A stretch of DNA of 64,000 bases from a virus (Duplodnaviria; Heunggongvirae; Uroviricota; Caudoviricetes): the IMG/VR virus record IMGVR_UViG_3300000553_000015; one strand, 5' to 3'. Position 1 is the stretch's first letter. The number at the start of each line of letters is the position of its first letter. The position numbers and the translations under genes were made by a program. A model generated the notes under the pieces. That model was not told the origin of the DNA. It ran no database searches and was given only the letters and a program-made list of their open reading frames with translations. Shown in pieces: positions 38,358-48,313 of the stretch.

Positions 38358-39152
38358 ATGAATATTTATACAAACAACGATCCTATTTTTAGATTTTATG
38401 TATACGCATATCTTCGTAAAAAAGATGGAACCCCTTACTATATTGGCAAGGGAACTGGTTATCGAGCTTTCTCAAATGACCATACTGTAAAAGTCCCAAC
38501 TGATAAAAAACGAATAGTTATTATTGAATCAAATTTAAGTAGTATTGGAGCATTTGCAATTGAACGTAGAGTAATTCGATGGTATGGTAGGAAAAATAAT
38601 GGAACTGGTATTTTAAGAAATCTAACTGATGGTGGTGAAGGTGCTCATGGATATAAACATACCGAAGAATATAAAATACATATGTCCAAAATATGTACAG
38701 GAAGAATAATGCCTAGAGAAGCAGTGGAAAAAACAAGACTTGCTAATACAGGCAGAAAAAATCTAAAATTATCATTAGCTATGAAAGGAAGACCATCAAA
38801 AAATAAAGGAAAATTTATGTCGGATATATATAAAGCTACTTGCTCTAATGCACAATCCAAACGGTTTTTAAATTCCGATGAAAGAAATAAATTGGCACTA
38901 CACGGTAAAATTGGAAACGAAAAAACTAGAGAACAATGTAAAAAATTAATTGTAAAAGATCCAAAAGGAAATATTAATGTTTTTATATCACTACCAGATT
39001 TTGCATCAAATATAGGTGCTAAAGCACGAAATATTTATTGTCTTATTAACAAGTATGATGGGGAAATTATACAAAAAGGAAAGTTTGCTGGATATACTTT
39101 CTGGCTTAGGACACCAGAAACTGTATCAGATACGTTAAAAAATATAATGTAA
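38358..39152 (+). CDS. GIY-YIG homing endonuclease with NUMOD3-like repeats
   Basis: [24 protein letters not shown] (GIY…YIG…R); [11 protein letters not shown] and GRPSKNKGK modules. Confidence 0.75.
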   Translation: MNIYTNNDPIFRFYVYAYLRKKDGTPYYIGKGTGYRAFSNDHTVKVPTDKKRIVIIESNLSSIGAFAIERRVIRWYGRKNNGTGILRNLTDGGEGAHGYKHTEEYKIHMSKICTGRIMPREAVEKTRLANTGRKNLKLSLAMKGRPSKNKGKFMSDIYKATCSNAQSKRFLNSDERNKLALHGKIGNEKTREQCKKLIVKDPKGNINVFISLPDFASNIGAKARNIYCLINKYDGEIIQKGKFAGYTFWLRTPETVSDTLKNIM

Positions 39153-39647
39153 CCATTCCTTATGTTTAACTTCAAAACCAAATTTCTTACGTTTGTTTAC
39201 TAATTCAAAATAATCAGGTTTATAAGGAGTATTATATGGGCTCTTCCATGGATAGGAATTTCCCTTTTCCGAATTACATTTTGAACATGACAGTGCACAA
39301 TTATTCCAACTAGTTCTTCCACCTTTTGATGATGGGATAACGTGATCTATTGTAGCAGTTTTTAAATTAAGTGTAGTTCCGCAGTATTGACATATTCCAT
39401 CATCTCTTACCAGTAAACTTGCCCGACTAAATTTTACTGTAGTTTTTGGTTTTAAATATTCACGGAGCATTAGAACAGCTGGGACATTAGTTTTCCAATT
39501 TGCAGAGCGAATGGTCCAATTGTCGTGCCACAGCACAACATCGGCTTTTTCTAAAACCATATATTTTATTGAATCCTGCCATGATATAGTGCTGAGTGGC
39601 ATTATACTAACAGGCATTCCTGATGCATTTAGTAATAAACAATCCAT
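39135..39647 (-). CDS. HNH endonuclease
   Basis: CQYCG…[30 protein letters not shown]. Confidence 0.75.
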   Translation of the reverse strand: MDCLLLNASGMPVSIMPLSTISWQDSIKYMVLEKADVVLWHDNWTIRSANWKTNVPAVLMLREYLKPKTTVKFSRASLLVRDDGICQYCGTTLNLKTATIDHVIPSSKGGRTSWNNCALSCSKCNSEKGNSYPWKSPYNTPYKPDYFELVNKRKKFGFEVKHKEWLHYIF

Positions 39648-39658
39648 AATCTGTAATC

Positions 39659-40228
39659 TTATATTTTACTTTTAAATTCAATTGATTTTGCAAAATCTTC
39701 TGCGGATTTTTCTAACGCATTTTGCCATTGTGTTTTTTGATCTTGGTCAAATACCAAATCAATGTCGCTTGAAGCTGTACACCAACTATTGGTATGATTA
39801 TACGGTGGAGTTCCCGATATTTCTGAGCGCAGTTGGTCATTGGCCCATCCACACATCCCAAACATCAATCTCCATTTATTTGGAAAGTCACCATTGGCAA
39901 GTCTTGGCAGAATCTTATCTGATGAACTTAATGAAAAGTTATCATTGATTCTTAATGTATTTTTACACTCCCATTCATTTGAATGTATCAATGAAAGACT
40001 ATTGGGACTAATTGGTCCACCATTATAAACAAATCCTGGTATATCAAAGTCTAGTCCTACTTTTTCACCCAACTCATTAATAGTTAGATTACTACGTTTA
40101 TTAAGGACTAGACCTATACTTCCATAATTATAATGTTCAACTATCATTATAACTGTTTTATACCAAAAGTTGCCTTTGACTGATGGTGGTGCTATTATTA
40201 AATTACCTACTATATTACCTAAATTCAT
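39659..40228 (-). CDS. hypothetical protein (189 aa)
   Basis: ORF. Confidence 0.4.
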   Translation of the reverse strand: MNLGNIVGNLIIAPPSVKGNFWYKTVIMIVEHYNYGSIGLVLNKRSNLTINELGEKVGLDFDIPGFVYNGGPISPNSLSLIHSNEWECKNTLRINDNFSLSSSDKILPRLANGDFPNKWRLMFGMCGWANDQLRSEISGTPPYNHTNSWCTASSDIDLVFDQDQKTQWQNALEKSAEDFAKSIEFKSKI

Positions 40229-40251
40229 TAGGTATTTAACTTAGTATAATG

Positions 40252-40830
40252 TTATCCAAAATTTTTTAAATAACCAATACGTTTATTTGTATCAGATGTT
40301 GCATATTTTGGTCTTTCAAAATTTCTAACCCACCATTCAGTTGCCTGTTCTGGTGTCCTAAATCTAGTTGCCAAATATTGTTTACCTTCTGGTTCTGATA
40401 ATGCAAAATCAATTTGATTTTTCCAATCAGTAGCCCAATCACTTCCAACGTAATTTACCATATTAGTAAATCTCTCATTATGATGTTGAAATAATCCACC
40501 ACTTGTATTTTTATCACCTAATACTCCTGGTTGAAAATGTGACTCACCTTCTATATTGGCTAAAATACCTAATCTATGGTTATCATCCATTTTTGATTTT
40601 AAATATGATGATACTTCATTTTTATTTATAGACCCTGTACCACCTGACCCAATTTTAATATTTTGGTCACCTGGAAGATTACTAGCAGTATTACCACTAG
40701 TATCATTTCCACTACTAATCCCTAATGCAGAAAATGGGTTTGAATATTTAGTAGCGAGATCAGCAGCCTGTGATATAATACTCAGTGGACTTGCTAATTC
40801 TTTTAATACCTTGAATTCTTGGAATCTCAT
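40252..40830 (-). CDS. putative phage-tail-lysozyme-like domain protein
   Basis: GILANIEGESHFQPGVLGDKNTSGGLFQHHNERF resembles GNxxxESxFNP…GLFQW of Phage_lysozyme2 family. Confidence 0.35.
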   Translation of the reverse strand: MRFQEFKVLKELASPLSIISQAADLATKYSNPFSALGISSGNDTSGNTASNLPGDQNIKIGSGGTGSINKNEVSSYLKSKMDDNHRLGILANIEGESHFQPGVLGDKNTSGGLFQHHNERFTNMVNYVGSDWATDWKNQIDFALSEPEGKQYLATRFRTPEQATEWWVRNFERPKYATSDTNKRIGYLKNFG

Positions 40831-41183
40831 TAGTTACCTTTCCATTTTGGCAACGGGCCACCATAATCTGAGCTACGTACTTTCTTCCCTTTAATACTTT
40901 TTGGTACATCACTTCCACCAGTTTTAAACTTACGTTTTGTATCACGTTTTCTTAAACCTTGTGCTTTACAAGATGAAAGTTGACTAGCACCTAATTCTTT
41001 GTCAGTTTTTTTACTTAAGCAAACTGATTTTGGTGTTTTTCCAGCTTCATCCAATTCAAATTCTTCATCCATATTATAACATGCTTCCGGTTTGTGCCCA
41101 CGTCCTGGACGACTTCCCTCACGCATTGCTCGTTTAGCTTCTACACCAAGTTTTGCTTCTTTTAAAAATTCATTTGCTCTCAT
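40830..41183 (-). CDS. hypothetical basic protein (117 aa)
   Basis: K/R-rich. Confidence 0.4.
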   Translation of the reverse strand: MRANEFLKEAKLGVEAKRAMREGSRPGRGHKPEACYNMDEEFELDEAGKTPKSVCLSKKTDKELGASQLSSCKAQGLRKRDTKRKFKTGGSDVPKSIKGKKVRSSDYGGPLPKWKGN

Positions 41184-41207
41184 GATTTAATCCTTCTAAT
41201 CATATAT

Positions 41208-42026
41208 TTATCCATTTCGTCTATCAATCCATTCATATATATTCAACCATTTACGTTTTCCAATAGTTGCTTTAAGATGTTTCAAATCTGCCTTTACATC
41301 ATATCTTTCTGTAGTACCAGCTTCTACAAATTCTATAACAGCATCTTCTTGTTCTGCTATTTCAGTAGCGATGTCAAAATACGAGTGTGATAACCCAGTC
41401 CCAACATTCCAGATTCCAGATCCATTGACTTGTTTAATAAAATCAATATGTAATCTACAAACATCACCAACCCATACCCAATCGCGTTTTATGTGTTCTG
41501 CATTATTCCATACTTTTATAGTTCCAGTTGACTTTGCTTCTTCTCTCCATTTATACATAATATCTGCACGACTTCCCTTGGTATACATATATTTTCCATA
41601 TACATTGAAGTACCTGAATCCTTGGACATAAACACTGTGTTCTTGTTGAAAAACCCATCTATCAAATAAGTATTTTGACCAAGCATATGGGGTATGTGGA
41701 TGACAAGGTGCAAATTCACTAAAATTCTTATTAGTTCCATATACATCATGTGTACTCGCATATTGCAAATGAACTTTATTTTTATTGCATTCTTGAAAAA
41801 GCCATTGACTAAACTCATAGTTTTTGTGTATAATGGTATCAACATCTTTATCACTAGTATCGGTAACCGCTCCTAAGTGGATAACCCATTTATATCGTCG
41901 TACATCAGGATAGTTATTTGGATCCCAGTTCCAGATTTCAACATCCCAGAATTCTTCTTGTGCTAACCATTCAAGCATATTTCGTCCAATGAACCCGTTG
42001 GCGCCGGTAACTAGTATTCTCATCAT
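41208..42026 (-). CDS. hldD: NAD-dependent sugar epimerase, ADP-L-glycero-D-manno-heptose 6-epimerase-like
   Basis: VTGANGFIGRN Rossmann, YAWSK catalytic YxxxK, GFRYFNVYG and RDWVWVGDV…NVGTG blocks as in HldD/RfaD. Confidence 0.55.
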   Translation of the reverse strand: MMRILVTGANGFIGRNMLEWLAQEEFWDVEIWNWDPNNYPDVRRYKWVIHLGAVTDTSDKDVDTIIHKNYEFSQWLFQECNKNKVHLQYASTHDVYGTNKNFSEFAPCHPHTPYAWSKYLFDRWVFQQEHSVYVQGFRYFNVYGKYMYTKGSRADIMYKWREEAKSTGTIKVWNNAEHIKRDWVWVGDVCRLHIDFIKQVNGSGIWNVGTGLSHSYFDIATEIAEQEDAVIEFVEAGTTERYDVKADLKHLKATIGKRKWLNIYEWIDRRNG

Positions 42027-42033
42027 TTATTTA

Positions 42034-42062
42034 TTGACATTCAACATCATTTGTAATATAAT
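42034..42062 (+). promoter_or_regulatory. sigma70-consensus promoter TTGACA-N17-TATAAT driving the small-gene array
   Basis: ttgaca 42034-39, tataat 42057-62, ATG 42090. Confidence 0.6.
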
Positions 42063-42089
42063 GGACATTTACTAAATTTAGATTAAATT

Positions 42090-42371
42090 ATGAAAATAAA
42101 AATACAAAAGATGGATGGTAGACACAATGGTAATTCATATTTTACCTATATGGCGTTAATGTATCATTATAATAAATCAGAAAATATGGCTAGAGTACGT
42201 GATATCCGCCAATGGTGTTGGGAACAGTTTGGACCAAGTTGTGAATACTATGAATATGAGGAAATAGCATGTATGGGTGAAGTAAATCCTAAATGGTGTT
42301 GGCTTGGATCTGAAAGAATTTTAATAAAGGATGAAGCAGACCGTAATTGGTTTGCATTGAGGTGGGGATGA
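42090..42371 (+). CDS. WFxLRW-family small protein, member 1 (93 aa)
   Basis: …IRQWCWEQFGP…DEADRNWFALRWG*; stop overlaps next ATG. Confidence 0.6.
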   Translation: MKIKIQKMDGRHNGNSYFTYMALMYHYNKSENMARVRDIRQWCWEQFGPSCEYYEYEEIACMGEVNPKWCWLGSERILIKDEADRNWFALRWG

Positions 42372-42568
42372 GAATACGTAAAATGCCATTTGAAAATAAT
42401 AGCTTTTTATTAAGTAATAACGAAAAAGGTCTAACAACAGTAGAATGGAATAATGTAGCAGAATGGCTTCGAGAACGTAAAATGAAATTTAATATGCAAG
42501 GTGGTGTTTTAACGTTATATCGTGATATTGATTCAACAATGTTTGCATTAAGATGGTGTTCAGAATGA
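42368..42568 (+). CDS. WFxLRW-family small protein, member 2 (66 aa)
   Basis: ATGA-coupled start after GAGGTGG; ends …STMFALRWCSE. Confidence 0.55.
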   Translation: MRIRKMPFENNSFLLSNNEKGLTTVEWNNVAEWLRERKMKFNMQGGVLTLYRDIDSTMFALRWCSE

Positions 42569-42604
42569 AAAATTTGTGTTCTGAAATCTTTTTTTAATCA
42601 TATT

Positions 42605-42838
42605 TTGGTTCCATCTGCATTTACAAAACCATATGAAAATGTTCGGGTTGTCCAAGATTTAAATGAAAAATGGTATACGATTAGATCTAATAGACCAGAG
42701 ATAAACGATTGGATTATTAACCAATCAGATGGATGGCGGTATACTGCAAACCGTAGATTTAAGGATTATTGGCAGGAAGAAAATTGCTATGATCTTAGAG
42801 AAGATGTGTACACTTGGTTTATATTAAGGTGGAAATAA
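42605..42838 (+). CDS. WFxLRW-family small protein, member 3 (start uncertain, no in-frame ATG; TTG/ATT)
   Basis: ends …DVYTWFILRWK*. Confidence 0.4.
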   Translation: MVPSAFTKPYENVRVVQDLNEKWYTIRSNRPEINDWIINQSDGWRYTANRRFKDYWQEENCYDLREDVYTWFILRWK

Positions 42839-43059
42839 TGGATCCAAAATTAGCCGAAGAACGTATAAAACGTGATAAGTTTTATCAAATAATTAGAACT
42901 ATTGCATCTACAGAATGTCATAAGAAATTTGCAGATTTGTCTGAATATATTGAAAAAACATATGGAATATCTATAACAATAGATGGGTATATTACTGCAA
43001 ACTACATAATTGTAAATGAACAAAAGTATATGTTATTTAGGATTAAGTTTGGAATATGA
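42838..43059 (+). CDS. WFxLRW-family small protein, member 4 (73 aa)
   Basis: TAATG overlap start; ends …KYMLFRIKFGI. Confidence 0.5.
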   Translation: MDPKLAEERIKRDKFYQIIRTIASTECHKKFADLSEYIEKTYGISITIDGYITANYIIVNEQKYMLFRIKFGI

Positions 43060-43232
43060 TATCAATACCAATTTGGAAATTTGAAGACCCAATGGAAGTA
43101 ATTTGGTATATCAATAATAATTGGGGTGGCTATGGCACTCGGTGGGATTTAAAAAATTTAGTGGATCTTAGACTGACAAATGATTCAGATTTAACATTTT
43201 TACTATTAAAATTTAACGTGAAAGAACTATGA
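43056..43232 (+). CDS. WFxLRW-family small protein, member 5 (58 aa, missed by ORF track)
   Basis: ATGA overlaps on both ends; ends …DLTFLLLKFNVKEL. Confidence 0.45.
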   Translation: MISIPIWKFEDPMEVIWYINNNWGGYGTRWDLKNLVDLRLTNDSDLTFLLLKFNVKEL

Positions 43233-43564
43233 TCAATAAAATAACAACAGGGCGATATCTAACATCTTATAATTTTAACTCATCCAATTTAGACCCATTA
43301 GCAGAATGTGGTCAAATGAGGTATAAAAATGGTAGAGTAGAATATAATTCTGGTACCGCGTGGTACGAATTACAAGGAGATGCTGCGGTAGATTTATCAT
43401 TTGAAGCAGTACAAATATTAGAATGGGCTAAACAAAAGATGATAGAAGAGATGAATGAAAAGGATATACTTGAAAAGTATCCAGCATTATTAAATGCCAA
43501 GAACAATTACAATATGGTTAAACAAATATGTCAAGCTGAAGAAAACCTTGACAATAACAAATAA
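43229..43564 (+). CDS. hypothetical protein (111 aa, not family)
   Basis: ORF in array. Confidence 0.45.
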   Translation: MINKITTGRYLTSYNFNSSNLDPLAECGQMRYKNGRVEYNSGTAWYELQGDAAVDLSFEAVQILEWAKQKMIEEMNEKDILEKYPALLNAKNNYNMVKQICQAEENLDNNK

Positions 43565-43576
43565 CTGTAGTATACT
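43548..43576 (+). promoter_or_regulatory. sigma70-type promoter TTGACA-N17-TATACT
   Basis: ttgaca 43548-53, tatact 43571-76, then GGAG SD and ATG 43601. Confidence 0.5.
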
Positions 43577-43600
43577 AATAATTTAAATTCGGAGATTTTT

Positions 43601-43957
43601 ATGGACATATTATTAGTCCTTGTATTTTTACAATTAAAACATTACCATGTGGATTTCATGAATCAATCGCAAGATGAAGTTCAGACAAAAGGCATATATG
43701 GTAATATGATTGGTGTAGGGCATAGTGTTAAACATGGTCTTTTAACTTATGCTATTTTCTTATTCATAGTTCCATTCAACCAAGCATTATTTATTGGTAT
43801 AATTGATATAATTTTACATTACCATATCGATTGGATTAAAATGAATTATGGTAATCGTGATATGAATGATAAACAATTTTGGTGTCATATCGGTCTTGAC
43901 CAGCTTTTTCATCATTTGTGTTATATTGGCTATCTTGCATTTTGTTTGGTGATATAA
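43601..43957 (+). CDS. hypothetical His-rich membrane protein (118 aa)
   Basis: 3 predicted TM; HxxxD/HH motifs. Confidence 0.45.
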   Translation: MDILLVLVFLQLKHYHVDFMNQSQDEVQTKGIYGNMIGVGHSVKHGLLTYAIFLFIVPFNQALFIGIIDIILHYHIDWIKMNYGNRDMNDKQFWCHIGLDQLFHHLCYIGYLAFCLVI

Positions 43958-44248
43958 ATGATAACTTTTAATTTTTTAATTTCAAATCCTTGGTCTAATA
44001 CTTGGAATTTGATTTGGGGGACAAATGGGTTACTTACAACCCATAAAGCATGGGAACTTAATCTATATCGCACAGATCAAATTATTAATATCGAGTTTTG
44101 TTTAAGTATTAACTGTGACCACGCAGGGTTGAATACTAAATTAGGGTTGTTTGGTTATACTCTGGAATATACAGTTTATGATACAAGACATTGGGACTAT
44201 GAAAATAATACATGGGAAGTATATGACAGAGAAGAAGAGAACCCCTAA
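43958..44248 (+). CDS. hypothetical protein (96 aa)
   Basis: ORF. Confidence 0.45.
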   Translation: MITFNFLISNPWSNTWNLIWGTNGLLTTHKAWELNLYRTDQIINIEFCLSINCDHAGLNTKLGLFGYTLEYTVYDTRHWDYENNTWEVYDREEENP

Positions 44249-44495
44249 AAAGGAACTAGTTCATTTTGATATAATCGGTCGTAAGATCAAAGTTGGTGAT
44301 TTTGTAGCTGTTAGTGTCTATAATAGATTAGAAGTAGCAAAAGTTATAAAACTCAATCCAAAGATGGTTAAGATACAAATCTTAAATGCGAATACCAATA
44401 CATGGTACAAAGGCGAACACAATAGATATCCAACTGATATGGCTATTTTGGATAATGAATATTTAACATTTTATTTGATAAAACACAGTGCTTAG
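44222..44495 (+). CDS. hypothetical protein (91 aa; start moved to ATG 44222)
   Basis: Track ORF 44151 overlaps previous gene by 98 nt; internal ATG gives 27-nt overlap. Confidence 0.4.
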
Positions 44496-44751
44496 AAAAC
44501 AAGTTAAAGATTTAATAGAATATGATAGTCCTGAATACACAGAACTTCAAGAATGGTTAATAAAACATTTTGGACCAATAGATGACCACAAATTTTGGTC
44601 TACCGACTATATAACTGGCAAAGGTTGGGCAATGATTAAACGGTATCACTGGAATGATTACGGTCGTGAGACAGAATGGTATGTAGAATTTGATGCTAGG
44701 AAATTAAAACGTGCCCAAATGACATGGTTTAGATTAAAATGGATGAAGTAA
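44488..44751 (+). CDS. WFxLRW-family small protein, member 6 (GTG start)
   Basis: …LQEWLIKHFGP…QMTWFRLKWMK*. Confidence 0.45.
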   Translation: MLRKQVKDLIEYDSPEYTELQEWLIKHFGPIDDHKFWSTDYITGKGWAMIKRYHWNDYGRETEWYVEFDARKLKRAQMTWFRLKWMK

Positions 44752-44951
44752 AAATAAGTATCAGTTATATGCCAGACACCGTAATATTGAATCTTCGTGA
44801 TCATTGTGATAGCATGTCTGGGAATGATGAAGAACTGTGGTTGGAAATTCGTAATGCTGAATTACAAAAATTTAATGCAATATATCAAGATCGTGTTCTC
44901 ACATTTGAAAGTACAGCGCATTATCAATGGTTCTTAATGAGGTGGCAATGA
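44739..44951 (+). CDS. WFxLRW-family small protein, member 7 (70 aa)
   Basis: ends …HYQWFLMRWQ*. Confidence 0.5.
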   Translation: MDEVKISISYMPDTVILNLRDHCDSMSGNDEELWLEIRNAELQKFNAIYQDRVLTFESTAHYQWFLMRWQ

Positions 44952-45262
44952 AACCAGTAATAATATCAGAGATGCAATGGCATAATTTATTAATAGAAAT
45001 GTATAAAGATTATCCAAAAAGTGTTCTAGCCATAAGAGAAAAAACTAAGAAAGTTTTGGGATTTACATCAAGGTCGCATCGTACATGGATAGAAAATCCA
45101 ATGTACGATGAATTCATGAAACAATATGCTAATAAAATTGTAGATGAAACTTATATGATTCAACCATCTAGAGGGTATTATTCCAATATGATACACTTAG
45201 ATTTTTATAGTGAGCCAAAGAGAACTTTTTTCTTATTAAAGTATAGTGAATTTTTGAGTTGA
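44948..45262 (+). CDS. WFxLRW-family small protein, member 8 (104 aa)
   Basis: ATGA-coupled; ends …TFFLLKYSEFLS (degenerate motif). Confidence 0.5.
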   Translation: MKPVIISEMQWHNLLIEMYKDYPKSVLAIREKTKKVLGFTSRSHRTWIENPMYDEFMKQYANKIVDETYMIQPSRGYYSNMIHLDFYSEPKRTFFLLKYSEFLS

Positions 45263-45287
45263 CATTTAACCAGTTTTATTATACAAT
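45259..45287 (+). promoter_or_regulatory. sigma70-type promoter TTGACA-N17-TACAAT
   Basis: ttgaca 45259-64, tacaat 45282-87; GGAGAG SD and ATG 45317. Confidence 0.5.
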
Positions 45288-45316
45288 ATTATTTTTAATT
45301 TTATGTGGAGAGTTAT

Positions 45317-45535
45317 ATGAAGCACGTATCCGTGGGAATGTTCAAACTACCAGGTCTATCATTTGACCGTGATGAAATGAATGATGATTTACGCGATGAA
45401 ATGATTGATTGGAGTGAAAGCTCTAATTGTGGAATTTTTATGACTGATAGGTTATGGTCATTTAAAAATGAAGGCCATCGTGATTTCTTTTTATTAAGAT
45501 GGTCTGAAAGAGTTCCTAAAAAAGAAGAAAAATAA
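45317..45535 (+). CDS. WFxLRW-family small protein, member 9 (72 aa; ATG 45317 preferred over track start 45305)
   Basis: ends …DFFLLRWSERVPKKEEK. Confidence 0.5.
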   Translation: MKHVSVGMFKLPGLSFDRDEMNDDLRDEMIDWSESSNCGIFMTDRLWSFKNEGHRDFFLLRWSERVPKKEEK

Positions 45536-45542
45536 GAGAATA

Positions 45543-45824
45543 ATGAGAAATAGCCATAAATTATTAAACAAATCTGATAAATTTTCGCTATCTGAACATT
45601 CTGTAAGAAAACAAAAATATTATCAAATAGATTTAAATTTAAGACACCGGTTTTGGACAGCGGCAGATAAGATGACAGAATATGATTCTATATTGAATAG
45701 TCAAAATAGAATCAATAAGTTTGGTTGGAAATATGACAATGAAGAAGAAGCAAAAGCAAAATATACATGGGCTGTTTTAAAGTGGGACAAAGAAGAAACT
45801 AGTACCAATTATAAAAATGTCTGA
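45543..45824 (+). CDS. WFxLRW-family small protein, member 10 (93 aa, C-terminal extension)
   Basis: …KYTWAVLKWDKEETSTNYKNV. Confidence 0.45.
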   Translation: MRNSHKLLNKSDKFSLSEHSVRKQKYYQIDLNLRHRFWTAADKMTEYDSILNSQNRINKFGWKYDNEEEAKAKYTWAVLKWDKEETSTNYKNV

Positions 45825-46002
45825 AGAATTACACGATTATTATGGTGTACTGCTATCTAGTTGTAATAGTACACGATGGGACCAAGTTACCTGGTGTACT
45901 GAACAATTTAAAGTTGATACCAACCGATGGTTTCAGTTTCAAAACTATATCTACTTTAGAAATGAATCAGATTTTACTTGGTATTTGTTAAAGTGGGGAT
46001 AA
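45817..46002 (+). CDS. WFxLRW-family small protein, member 11 (61 aa)
   Basis: …DFTWYLLKWG*. Confidence 0.5.
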   Translation: MSEELHDYYGVLLSSCNSTRWDQVTWCTEQFKVDTNRWFQFQNYIYFRNESDFTWYLLKWG

Positions 46003-46005
46003 TAC

Positions 46006-46269
46006 ATGGATAATTTTAAGATATTTAACGACTCCGTGTATGAAAGAAAAATATTTCATAGAGTGGTAATATATATGACATCACCGACACAGAATGAAAT
46101 ATTAGATATTTGGCTAAATTCTGAAGAAGGACAATGGGTTAGTAATCATTGTATACATATAGAGGTAGTTAAACATTACCATCCATATACCCTTGGATAC
46201 GAATATTATATAACAGCTTATATTAAACCATCAGATTACACATTCTACACAATCAAGTTTTCTACTTGA
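46006..46269 (+). CDS. WFxLRW-family small protein, member 12 (87 aa, degenerate motif)
   Basis: …DYTFYTIKFST. Confidence 0.45.
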   Translation: MDNFKIFNDSVYERKIFHRVVIYMTSPTQNEILDIWLNSEEGQWVSNHCIHIEVVKHYHPYTLGYEYYITAYIKPSDYTFYTIKFST

Positions 46270-46294
46270 CATCTATTCCTGTAATTGTTATAAT
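46266..46294 (+). promoter_or_regulatory. sigma70-consensus promoter TTGACA-N17-TATAAT with TG extended -10; spacer contains 8-bp inverted repeat CCTGTAAT…ATTACAGG
   Basis: ttgaca 46266-71, tgt-tataat 46286-94. Confidence 0.55.
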
Positions 46295-46322
46295 AGAACT
46301 TTAACGATTACAGGAACCATCA

Positions 46323-46772
46323 ATGACTACTTATTTTATCAAAAAAGGCAGAAAATATATTCCTGCACGTGAATATGACAATGAATTTAACGATTCTTGG
46401 CCAGAAGGCACTCATCTAACAGTATGCAAACCAGGGTCTAGATCTAGACGATATAACATTGAACCAGCATTTGCACCAATGATTGCTGCTGGAAGTTATG
46501 CAGAAGACCGCATTGCTGCTATTATTGTAGATAAGTTGACTTATACTCCAGAAATACCACCATATACACAAGAACAAAAAGAAGCATGGGACCGTATGAG
46601 AGAAGTCTATGGGGAAGACTTGTGTAGATTGAAAACTTCTACTATAATGGAAGCTGTGAGAGCTGGTGTTTCAGAAATGATTAAAGAAGCTGAAGAAATA
46701 TTAGAGAACCCAGCTTTACAACAAAGTTATGACAATTTTTTATTATTAAGTAAACTAACAAGAGGAAAATAA
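46323..46772 (+). CDS. hypothetical protein (149 aa)
   Basis: ORF after promoter. Confidence 0.5.
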   Translation: MTTYFIKKGRKYIPAREYDNEFNDSWPEGTHLTVCKPGSRSRRYNIEPAFAPMIAAGSYAEDRIAAIIVDKLTYTPEIPPYTQEQKEAWDRMREVYGEDLCRLKTSTIMEAVRAGVSEMIKEAEEILENPALQQSYDNFLLLSKLTRGK

Positions 46773-46773
46773 T

Positions 46774-47121
46774 ATGATGATTTTATTAGTAATTGGTGCA
46801 TTTTTGTTTGGCATGTTTATTGGTGGATTTTTATGGAATAAAATAATAATGCGTGCTTATGCACGAGATCCAAAATCAGTTATAGAGTTATTTGACAACG
46901 CTACTAGATCATATACTGTTGAAAGTGATGAGGGATATGAGTATGTAGAATTAGAAGTTGAGAAACATGGTAATCAAATTATGATGTGGTTTAAAGAATG
47001 TGGGACATTTGTATCACAAGGTGAATCAGTAGACGAAGCATTAGAGGTTGCACATGAACGTTTTCCAAAGTTTAATTTTCATTTTGAATTACCAGATGAT
47101 ATTGAATATACGGTAGCATAA
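46774..47121 (+). CDS. hypothetical protein with N-terminal TM helix (115 aa)
   Basis: MMILLVIGAFLFGMFIGGFLW. Confidence 0.5.
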   Translation: MMILLVIGAFLFGMFIGGFLWNKIIMRAYARDPKSVIELFDNATRSYTVESDEGYEYVELEVEKHGNQIMMWFKECGTFVSQGESVDEALEVAHERFPKFNFHFELPDDIEYTVA

Positions 47122-47348
47122 TGGATAATGTAATTCAATTACCAGGCGAACTACACAGGTGTCCGTTATATTGGATAAATTTTATTAAACATTATGTTAA
47201 ACATTATAAAATTGTCAATAGTGTAGAGTTAGATACTATGTTAAATTCAGAATTTAATGCAACTATTGGTGGTAATTTGTATGATGGATTTAAAATTACA
47301 TTTAAAAAACCAGAACACAAGACCTGGTTTATTTTTAAGTGGAGTTAA
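47121..47348 (+). CDS. WFxLRW-family small protein, member 13 (75 aa)
   Basis: …HKTWFIFKWS*. Confidence 0.5.
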   Translation: MDNVIQLPGELHRCPLYWINFIKHYVKHYKIVNSVELDTMLNSEFNATIGGNLYDGFKITFKKPEHKTWFIFKWS

Positions 47349-47349
47349 A

Positions 47350-47592
47350 ATGGAACTTTATAAAGAAGAATTTGTCTGGCAGGTTAATTTATACTATGAT
47401 GATAGATTGAAAATAGAATCTACATTGCAAGAAAATGTAGATTGGGCAGAAGCATTATGGGAATGGTGTGAAGAAACTTTTGGTGAACAATATGAACGAT
47501 GGGTTCATGATTATCGTGAATCCTATGATTGTGATTTGTTTTGTTTCTTACGTGAAGAAGATCGTAATTGGTTTGTATTGAGGTGGTCGTGA
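47350..47592 (+). CDS. WFxLRW-family small protein, member 14 (80 aa)
   Basis: GGAG-N6-ATG; …EWCEETFGEQYERW…DRNWFVLRWS*. Confidence 0.55.
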   Translation: MELYKEEFVWQVNLYYDDRLKIESTLQENVDWAEALWEWCEETFGEQYERWVHDYRESYDCDLFCFLREEDRNWFVLRWS

Positions 47593-47807
47593 AAGCATTT
47601 AATGAAGTTTTTATATATCTTATAGATTTAGAAAATAACGAACGTTTCTTATTAAGTGAATATATTGATTGGTGTACTGATACATTTGGTGAACATGGAA
47701 TAAAATGGCATGTAGTAAATACAGAATTTGATTATCCTAGCATTAGATTTTTAACGGAGGAAGATCGTAATTGGTTTATGTTAAGGTGGTCAAATGAACA
47801 ATATTAG
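47589..47807 (+). CDS. WFxLRW-family small protein, member 15 (GTGA-coupled start)
   Basis: …DWCTDTFGEHGIKW…DRNWFMLRWSNEQY. Confidence 0.45.
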   Translation: MKAFNEVFIYLIDLENNERFLLSEYIDWCTDTFGEHGIKWHVVNTEFDYPSIRFLTEEDRNWFMLRWSNEQY

Positions 47808-48042
47808 ATGCAGCACAGACTTACTTGGTCAAAAACTTTATTGTATTGAAATAAAAGTTCCATCAAATGCCAATCAGGTATACAACTGGCTGGTTGAAAG
47901 TTTTGGTGGTTTAGAGAACGGTGGATATTCTTATTATCTTAAAGACCAGGAATGGGCATTCTATCTAACAACTATTGGCACAATTCAAGTTAAATTTAGA
48001 AACGAAGCATATGCAAATTGGTTTTTATTGAGGTGGTCATGA
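47794..48042 (+). CDS. WFxLRW-family small protein, member 16 (82 aa)
   Basis: …NWLVESFGG…AYANWFLLRWS*. Confidence 0.55.
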   Translation: MNNIRCSTDLLGQKLYCIEIKVPSNANQVYNWLVESFGGLENGGYSYYLKDQEWAFYLTTIGTIQVKFRNEAYANWFLLRWS

Positions 48043-48308
48043 AAACACAACCAAAACAATATGAATATCCAGACGGTACTAAATCATGGCGATTAAATGG
48101 CCGATTACACCGAGAAGATGGTCCAGCATATGAAGGTATAACTGGTCATAAAGAATGGTGGTTAAATGGCAAAAGACATAGACTGGATGGCCCTGCTGTT
48201 GAATACCCAAATGGGTATAAAGCATGGTTTTTAAATGGCAAACAATATACAGAAGAAGAATTTGTTATGGTCCAATTCATGAATGGTAATAATATTTATA
48301 GGAAATAA
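48039..48308 (+). CDS. MORN-repeat small protein (89 aa; ATGA-coupled)
   Basis: WRLNGRLHREDGPAYE / WWLNGKRHRLDGPAVE / WFLNGKQYTEEEF repeats. Confidence 0.55.
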   Translation: MKTQPKQYEYPDGTKSWRLNGRLHREDGPAYEGITGHKEWWLNGKRHRLDGPAVEYPNGYKAWFLNGKQYTEEEFVMVQFMNGNNIYRK

Positions 48309-48313
48309 TCATA